Shown: positions 58,712-64,000 of the stretch, piece after piece
How the letters are laid out: each line of letters opens with the position of its first letter
Numbering within the stretch: the first letter of the stretch is position 1
Assembly (NCBI GenBank): GCA_964411255.1
Contig: CAYPKD010000001.1
Location: 71,331 to 135,330 of the forward strand
Reading direction: 5' to 3'
Source: an uncultured Gammaproteobacteria bacterium
GTDB lineage: Bacteria; Patescibacteriota; Patescibacteriia; UBA11705; DATKZF01
DNA: 64,000 nt
The notes under the pieces: model-generated
What the model was told of the DNA's origin: nothing
What the model saw: only the letters and a program-made list of their open reading frames with translations
The model's database searches: none
Translations under genes and position numbers: made by a program

Positions 58712-58842
58712 AACCCCAGATTATTTATTTATTACAAATAAAACAGCAAATTTGTAATTATTTGTAATCTTTTAAATCTCTTCTTTATTATTTGTAATTA
58801 TACAAAAAAAACAGCTCTTTGGCCATTTTTTTATTAACAAAT

Positions 58843-58905
58843 TATCCAGCAGAAGCCATAACGTGGAGAGGTAACTTCTGCTGCCCCGACTTTGGCTGAG
58901 GCTGA
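58843..58905. repeat. GC-rich repeat family Y copy B (immediately 3' of argS)
   Basis: tatccagcagaagccataacgtggagaggtaacttctgctgccccgactttggctgaggctga is ~85% identical to 14187-14248. Confidence 0.55.
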
Positions 58906-58909
58906 GATA

Positions 58910-60613
58910 TCACATCTTCTCAAGCCACTCCACATTAAGCAAATCAAGTCCCACTCTCAGTCTCTTCCTCACTTTCTGAGCTAGATTAAACCTGGCAGCT
59001 TTTAATTCTTCGTTTTCAGCCCTAATTATTGAATGTTTTTGATAAAAATCATTAAACGTTTGCGCTAAATCAAATAAATAATTACACAAAACTGATGGAT
59101 CATTTTCCTTATATGCTCTTTTAATTTCATTCTCATTATTTGCTAACAGTTTAAGCAATTCTTTTTCCTCAGTTTCTTTAAGCAAACTATAATCAGCATC
59201 ACCAACTTTTTTAATTTTTTCTTTAATAGAGTTGATTCGAGCAGATGTATATAAAAGATAAGGGCCAGTTTTACCATCAAAGCTCAATGCTTCATCCATA
59301 TCAAAAGTTATCACCTTATTATTTCCAAACTTTAGCATGCCGATCTTTATTGCTGATAAAGAAATTTTTTCTGCTACATCTTTGACTTTGTCATCATCCC
59401 AATCTTTATGCCTCTTTTTCGTTTCTTCAATACTTTTTGTTAGCATTTTATTAAATAACTCGTCAAAAGAAACAATATTTCCTTTTCTGGATGACAGGGC
59501 GCCTTCAGGCAGATTTACAAAATCATAAGGAATATGCACCATACTTTCTTTAAATCCTGCTAATTCCAAGGTCTTAAATATTTGTTTTAAATATAAAGAT
59601 TGACGATTATCAACAATATAAATACTTTTGTCAGCTTTCTTTTTTGCTTTTTTATAAGCCAATGCCAGATCACTTGTTGAATATAATGTAGTACCATCTG
59701 ATTTTAAAATAAGCAGCACATCCAAATCATATTTTTTCAAATCCACTATGATAGCTCCCTGATCTTCTTTAGCAATACCTTGCCTGATCAATTGACTAAC
59801 GATTTTTCTTCCTTTATTTAAAACATCACTTTCAAAATACCAGGCATCAAATTGTATTCCCATAAGCCCGTAAATCCTTTCAAAATCTTCAATGCTCCAC
59901 TTCTGAGTTTTTTTCCAAATTTTCATTATCTCTTTGTCTTTTTTCTCAAGTTTTATTAAAATATCATCAATCTCGTCTTTTAATTTTTCATCTTGGTCAA
60001 GTTTCTTAACGGCTTCAGTATAAATTTTTCCTAAAAAATTTGTTTTGTTTTCTTTTGGCTCTTCATCTTTATGAAACTTTAAATACGCCCACAAACATTT
60101 GGCCACATGAAGGCCCACATCATTAACATAAGTGGCAGCAATAACTTTATCACCAATATATTTATTCAAATTAACAATTGCTGCACCTAAACAAGCATTT
60201 CTCAAATGCCCAACATGAAATTCTTTGTGCGTATTTGGCTGAGAATATTCAATCATCACTTTTTCAGGCCGAAGCCTGCTCCCTTTGCCGAGGGGAAACT
60301 GCGTTTCCCCGACTTTCCCAGGCTGAGGACTGCCCTCAATCAATTCTTTCGCCCAAACCTCTGCTTTCAAATAAAAATTGATATACGGCCCCGTTGCTTC
60401 AACTTGTTCCCAAACCTCATTTGAGCCTAATTTTCCAGCCATTTTTGCAGCAAATTCAGCAGGATTTTCTTTAGCTAATTCAAAAACTGGCAAACTCAAG
60501 TCACCCATTTTAACATTTGGTGGAAATGTAAAATTTTCAGGCTTAATATCTTTAAAAGCTTGATCAATTTCTGCTAACTTTTCAATTAATTGTGTTGTTA
60601 TACTATTTAACAT
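58910..60613 (-). CDS. argS: arginyl-tRNA synthetase
   Basis: HVGH (HIGH) motif, class I core, DALR anticodon-binding domain, and the typical C-terminal ...KM. Confidence 0.9.
   Translation of the reverse strand: MLNSITTQLIEKLAEIDQAFKDIKPENFTFPPNVKMGDLSLPVFELAKENPAEFAAKMAGKLGSNEVWEQVEATGPYINFYLKAEVWAKELIEGSPQPGKVGETQFPLGKGSRLRPEKVMIEYSQPNTHKEFHVGHLRNACLGAAIVNLNKYIGDKVIAATYVNDVGLHVAKCLWAYLKFHKDEEPKENKTNFLGKIYTEAVKKLDQDEKLKDEIDDILIKLEKKDKEIMKIWKKTQKWSIEDFERIYGLMGIQFDAWYFESDVLNKGRKIVSQLIRQGIAKEDQGAIIVDLKKYDLDVLLILKSDGTTLYSTSDLALAYKKAKKKADKSIYIVDNRQSLYLKQIFKTLELAGFKESMVHIPYDFVNLPEGALSSRKGNIVSFDELFNKMLTKSIEETKKRHKDWDDDKVKDVAEKISLSAIKIGMLKFGNNKVITFDMDEALSFDGKTGPYLLYTSARINSIKEKIKKVGDADYSLLKETEEKELLKLLANNENEIKRAYKENDPSVLCNYLFDLAQTFNDFYQKHSIIRAENEELKAARFNLAQKVRKRLRVGLDLLNVEWLEKM
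60266..60330. repeat. GC-rich repeat family Y copy C, inserted in-frame inside argS (encodes GSPQPGKVGETQFPLGKGSRLRP)
   Basis: CCUCAGCC..AAAGUCGGGG-hairpin-CCCCUC..GGCUUCGGCCUG is shared with copies A and B. The segment is GC-rich and sits in the linker before the HIGH motif. Confidence 0.5.
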
Positions 60614-60668
60614 AAATTTAATAAATATTTTCCGTAATATCCGTAAAATTCCGTAAATCTGTAAACTC

Positions 60669-61856
60669 TTATTTAATCTTCACAAAGAAACGTTTGCCTT
60701 TTTGAATCAAATCTCCTGATTTTATTTGATATTCATAATCTTCAATAATTTTATCATTAACTTTAACTCCTTTTTGATCAACCATCCGCTTTGCCTCAGA
60801 TCTTGAAGGTACTAATTTGGTTTCAACCAAAGCATCAATTATTGTTTCAGCCACTACTTCACGCTCAGGGATTTCATCTGGTTTTTGTTTTTTTGAAAAA
60901 ACTTTTACAAAATTTTCTTCAGCTGCTTTTGCTTCTTCAGTACCAATAAAATTTTCAACCACTGACTTTGCCAGATCTAATTTAAAATTCCGAGGGTTTT
61001 CTCCGGCTTTAAGCCTAAGCTCAACCTCTTTTACTTTTTCTACTTGTTCTTTAGTGATTAATTCATAGACTTTAACTATCATTTCATCAGGCCAGGACAT
61101 AACTTTACCAAACATTTCATCAGCTGAATCTAAAAGCCCTATATAATTATCATAGCTTTTGCTCATCTTTTTTTTACCGTCAGTTCCTTCCAATATAGGC
61201 AGGGTCATAATGTCCTGAGCTGGCTGATCATATCTTTTCTGCATTTTCCTGCCCATTAATAAATTAAACTTTTGGTCAGATCCTCCTATTTCAACATCAG
61301 CTTTTAACATAACCGAATCATAACCTTGGAGCAAAGGATACAAAATTTCCTGCATTTGAATGTCTGAGCCTTCTTCCATTCGTTTTTGAAAATCATCTCT
61401 TTCCAAAACTCTGGCAACAGTAATTTTTGAGGTTAGCTCCATTATAAGCTGGGTGGCATTTGATTTCCCATACCATTCGCTGTTATATTTAACCTCAACC
61501 TTATCCATATCCAAAACTTTTGATGCCTGTTCGACATAAGTTTTCATATTCTTTGTTACCTCATCTTTAGTCAACACTGGCCGAGTAGAATCCCTGCCTG
61601 AAGGATCTCCAATCATTGCAGTATAATCTCCAATAAGTAATATCACTTTATGCCCTAAATTTAAAAATTGATTCAATTTCAATAAAGGCACAGCGTGTCC
61701 AACATGCAAGTCTGCGCCAGTAGGATCCACACCAAACTTTATTATCAGTTTTTTTCCTGACATTAATTTCTTTTTCAAACTTTCATAAACAATAATTTCT
61801 TCTACTCCTCGATCTAAAAGTTCTTCAATAAGTTGTTCATTAGTATTAATCTTCAT
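60669..61856 (-). CDS. tyrS: tyrosyl-tRNA synthetase
   Basis: HVGHAVPL (HIGH), KMSKS and a C-terminal S4-like domain. Confidence 0.9.
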   Translation of the reverse strand: MKINTNEQLIEELLDRGVEEIIVYESLKKKLMSGKKLIIKFGVDPTGADLHVGHAVPLLKLNQFLNLGHKVILLIGDYTAMIGDPSGRDSTRPVLTKDEVTKNMKTYVEQASKVLDMDKVEVKYNSEWYGKSNATQLIMELTSKITVARVLERDDFQKRMEEGSDIQMQEILYPLLQGYDSVMLKADVEIGGSDQKFNLLMGRKMQKRYDQPAQDIMTLPILEGTDGKKKMSKSYDNYIGLLDSADEMFGKVMSWPDEMIVKVYELITKEQVEKVKEVELRLKAGENPRNFKLDLAKSVVENFIGTEEAKAAEENFVKVFSKKQKPDEIPEREVVAETIIDALVETKLVPSRSEAKRMVDQKGVKVNDKIIEDYEYQIKSGDLIQKGKRFFVKIK

Positions 61857-61881
61857 ATAAAAATCATTAAATATTTCAAAT

Positions 61882-62874
61882 TTATTTTTTCGTTCTTTGT
61901 TTTGCTGCTTTTCTTAAATCAACCACCTTATCATCCTCATCAACAATCTCAACCTTAATTATTTCTTCTAGTACATCCTCTAAACATACAACTCCCGATA
62001 ATCCTCCATATTCATCTTTGACAAATGCCAAGTGCTTCTTTGTCTTAATAAATTTATCTAATAAATCATCAAGAGTCATATCCTCAGTGGCAAGTAAAAA
62101 TTTATTTTTGTCGCAAATAGTATCAGCTTTTATACCCTTTTGAATATTTATTAAATCTTTAATAAAAATCACGCCAATTACATTATCAATTTCTTTTTCA
62201 TAAACAGGATATCTGCTAAAACCTAGCTTTCGCATCTCATCTAATTTTTTATGATCTAAAATTTCATCTTTTTCTATTGCGTAAACCATGGTTCTCGGCG
62301 TCATTATCTTTTCCACTATTTTATCTGAAAAGGTTAAAGCTCCCTTAATGATCCGAGTTTCATCAGATTCAATTTCACTTTCTTTTGCGCTTTCATGTTC
62401 CTCAACAATTTTCATTAATTCATGCTTTGAATAAATAGTTGCCATTTCGTCTCCCAATACTTTGTCTAGAACCCAGGCAATTGGAAAACAAATAGGAAAA
62501 AGAAGGTACATAAAAATCTTAACCAACCAGGCTGTCTTTGCTCCAACCTGCAAAGCAAACCTTGAAAATGATGCCTGGGGAATAATTTCACCAAAGACAA
62601 CAATTAAAGCAGTGGCAATTATACCAGCCATGACCCCGCTGGCAATATTCCCTAAAAAAATTGCTAATGTTGAGTTTACTGCCACATTTCCTAATAATAA
62701 AGTACATAAAAGCAAATTGCCTTTTTTTCGAACTGGATAAACTTTTTCAGCATATTTATCACCCAGTTCAATTTTTCTTTTTAATTCATTTTTATCTAAA
62801 CTCAAGAGTCCTAAGGTCAAACCTGAAAATAAGCCTGATAAAGCAACCAATACGATTACAATAATATAATCCAT
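61882..62874 (-). CDS. CNNM/HlyC-CorC family protein (DUF21 + CBS pair)
   Basis: N-terminal 4-TM DUF21, then tandem CBS domains. Confidence 0.75.
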   Translation of the reverse strand: MDYIIVIVLVALSGLFSGLTLGLLSLDKNELKRKIELGDKYAEKVYPVRKKGNLLLCTLLLGNVAVNSTLAIFLGNIASGVMAGIIATALIVVFGEIIPQASFSRFALQVGAKTAWLVKIFMYLLFPICFPIAWVLDKVLGDEMATIYSKHELMKIVEEHESAKESEIESDETRIIKGALTFSDKIVEKIMTPRTMVYAIEKDEILDHKKLDEMRKLGFSRYPVYEKEIDNVIGVIFIKDLINIQKGIKADTICDKNKFLLATEDMTLDDLLDKFIKTKKHLAFVKDEYGGLSGVVCLEDVLEEIIKVEIVDEDDKVVDLRKAAKQRTKK

Positions 62875-62901
62875 ATGTTTTAATTTATGAATAAAAAGTT
62901 T

Positions 62902-64000
62902 TTATTTTAATCCTTTAATTTGTTGTTGTAATTTTTGAAGTTTCTCTTCTGCTTCGTCAAGCTTTTTTTTCTCAGCTTCAACCACATTTGCTGGCGCATT
63001 TTTTGCAAACTCTTCATTGCTTAACTTCTTTCCCTGAACCTCAACATATTTTTGAACATTTTCAATTTCTTTTTCTATTCTGCTTTTTTCTTTTTCAATA
63101 TCAATTAGTCCAGCTAATGGTAAGTAAATTTCAACGTCTTCAATCACGCTCGAAGCTGCGGGTTTTTCTGCTTGATCAACGTATTCAATTGATTCAATCT
63201 TTGCCAATAATTTTATAATTTCTTCATTATCTTTAAACTTTTTCTTTGTAATAAATTGCGCTTTAATTTTTTTACCTGGTTCAACATTATTTTCTGCTCT
63301 TAAATTCCTAATTGCCACAATCACTTGTTTGACTTTTTCAAACTTCTTCTCGTCTTTTTCATCAATCAATTTTTTATTCACTTCTGTCCAATTCGAAATC
63401 ATAAGCTCATCTTTTTGATTTAAATTTTCCCAAATCGCTTCAGTTACAAACGGAACAAATGGATGCCACATTTTCAAAAGATTTTTTAATATATACATTA
63501 AAATCGCATCTTTGTCTTTCTCAATTTTTGAAATTTCTAAATACCAGTCAGCAAATTCATTCCAGGTAAAGTCTCGAAGCTTCTCACCTGCAGCAGAAAA
63601 CTGATATTTGTCCAAACCTTCTGTAACTTCTTTAATTGTTTTATTGAATCTTGATAAAATCCATTTGTCAGCTAAAGTTTTTGGTTTAACTTTCTTTGAC
63701 TCAACATTAACATTTTCAACTGAACTCAAAATATATCGACTAATATTCCAAACCTTATTAACAAAATTTCTAAAACCTGCAATTTTTTCATCATAAAGCC
63801 TAAAATCATTTCCAGGAGTTGAGCCAATCAGCATGCTTAATCGGACTGCATCATATCCATACTTATCTCCCACTTCTATAGGATCAATGGCTGTTTCTGG
63901 CTTTGATTTTGACATTTTATCACCTTCTTTATCGCGAATTAAGCCGTGAAAATAGACTTTTTCAAATGGAATCTCTCCCATTACATAATTGGTCATTAAA
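62902..64000 (-). CDS. valS: valyl-tRNA synthetase, C-terminal part (continues beyond window end)
   Basis: KMSKS motif (DKMSKSK), anticodon-binding domain and C-terminal coiled coil. The reading frame is open at the window edge. Confidence 0.85.
   Translation of the reverse strand, partial: LMTNYVMGEIPFEKVYFHGLIRDKEGDKMSKSKPETAIDPIEVGDKYGYDAVRLSMLIGSTPGNDFRLYDEKIAGFRNFVNKVWNISRYILSSVENVNVESKKVKPKTLADKWILSRFNKTIKEVTEGLDKYQFSAAGEKLRDFTWNEFADWYLEISKIEKDKDAILMYILKNLLKMWHPFVPFVTEAIWENLNQKDELMISNWTEVNKKLIDEKDEKKFEKVKQVIVAIRNLRAENNVEPGKKIKAQFITKKKFKDNEEIIKLLAKIESIEYVDQAEKPAASSVIEDVEIYLPLAGLIDIEKEKSRIEKEIENVQKYVEVQGKKLSNEEFAKNAPANVVEAEKKKLDEAEEKLQKLQQQIKGLK

Noticed and set aside
58720-58800. Recurring TATTTGTAAT / ATTACAAATA 9-10-mers (also at 3370-3460)
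   Set aside because: Seven occurrences in 64 kb is about what is expected by chance for an all-A/T 9-mer at ~70% AT, so it is not convincingly a motif.
1-64000. CRISPR arrays, IS elements, integrases, rRNA
   Set aside because: No regularly spaced direct repeats with unique spacers were seen. No transposase, integrase or recombinase-like translation appears in the ORF track. No rRNA-like conserved stretches were found.

Overview
This is a 64 kb segment of a low-GC (~30%) bacterial chromosome. About 55 genes are tightly packed and almost all lie on the minus strand. The content is consistent with a small-genome monoderm lineage such as a CPR/Patescibacteria-like organism, but that is inferred from gene content alone.

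Housekeeping genes recognisable from the translations: dnaE, thrS, dtd, argS, tyrS, valS (runs off the window end), pyk, ppsA, a 4Fe-4S ferredoxin and tRNA-Leu(GAG).

Envelope and surface genes: rfbA, rfbD and rfbB for dTDP-rhamnose, three GT2 glycosyltransferases (one processive synthase with QxxRW), a GtrA-like protein, an O-antigen-ligase/TPR protein, bactofilin, a secreted subtilase, a WxL/DUF916-like surface-protein operon, two giant repetitive secreted proteins (2059 aa and 1038 aa) and a 1468-aa cytoplasmic giant.

Accessory content: a Doc/HTH toxin-antitoxin pair, a four-helix-bundle (23S-IVS-type) protein flanked by inverted GC-rich repeats, and three compositionally foreign GC-rich (~55-60%) small ORFs.

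The most unusual structure is at 2.5-4.2 kb: two tandem paralogous modules, each consisting of a palindromic operator, a perfect TTGACT-17-TATAAT promoter, a conserved ~100-nt leader with a coupled MSHxS mini-ORF and TCATGA repeats, an intrinsic attenuator, and then a GC-rich secreted-protein ORF.

Several GC-rich hairpin-forming repeat families are scattered through the AT-rich intergenic DNA. One shows compensatory stem changes between its copies, and another is inserted in-frame into argS.
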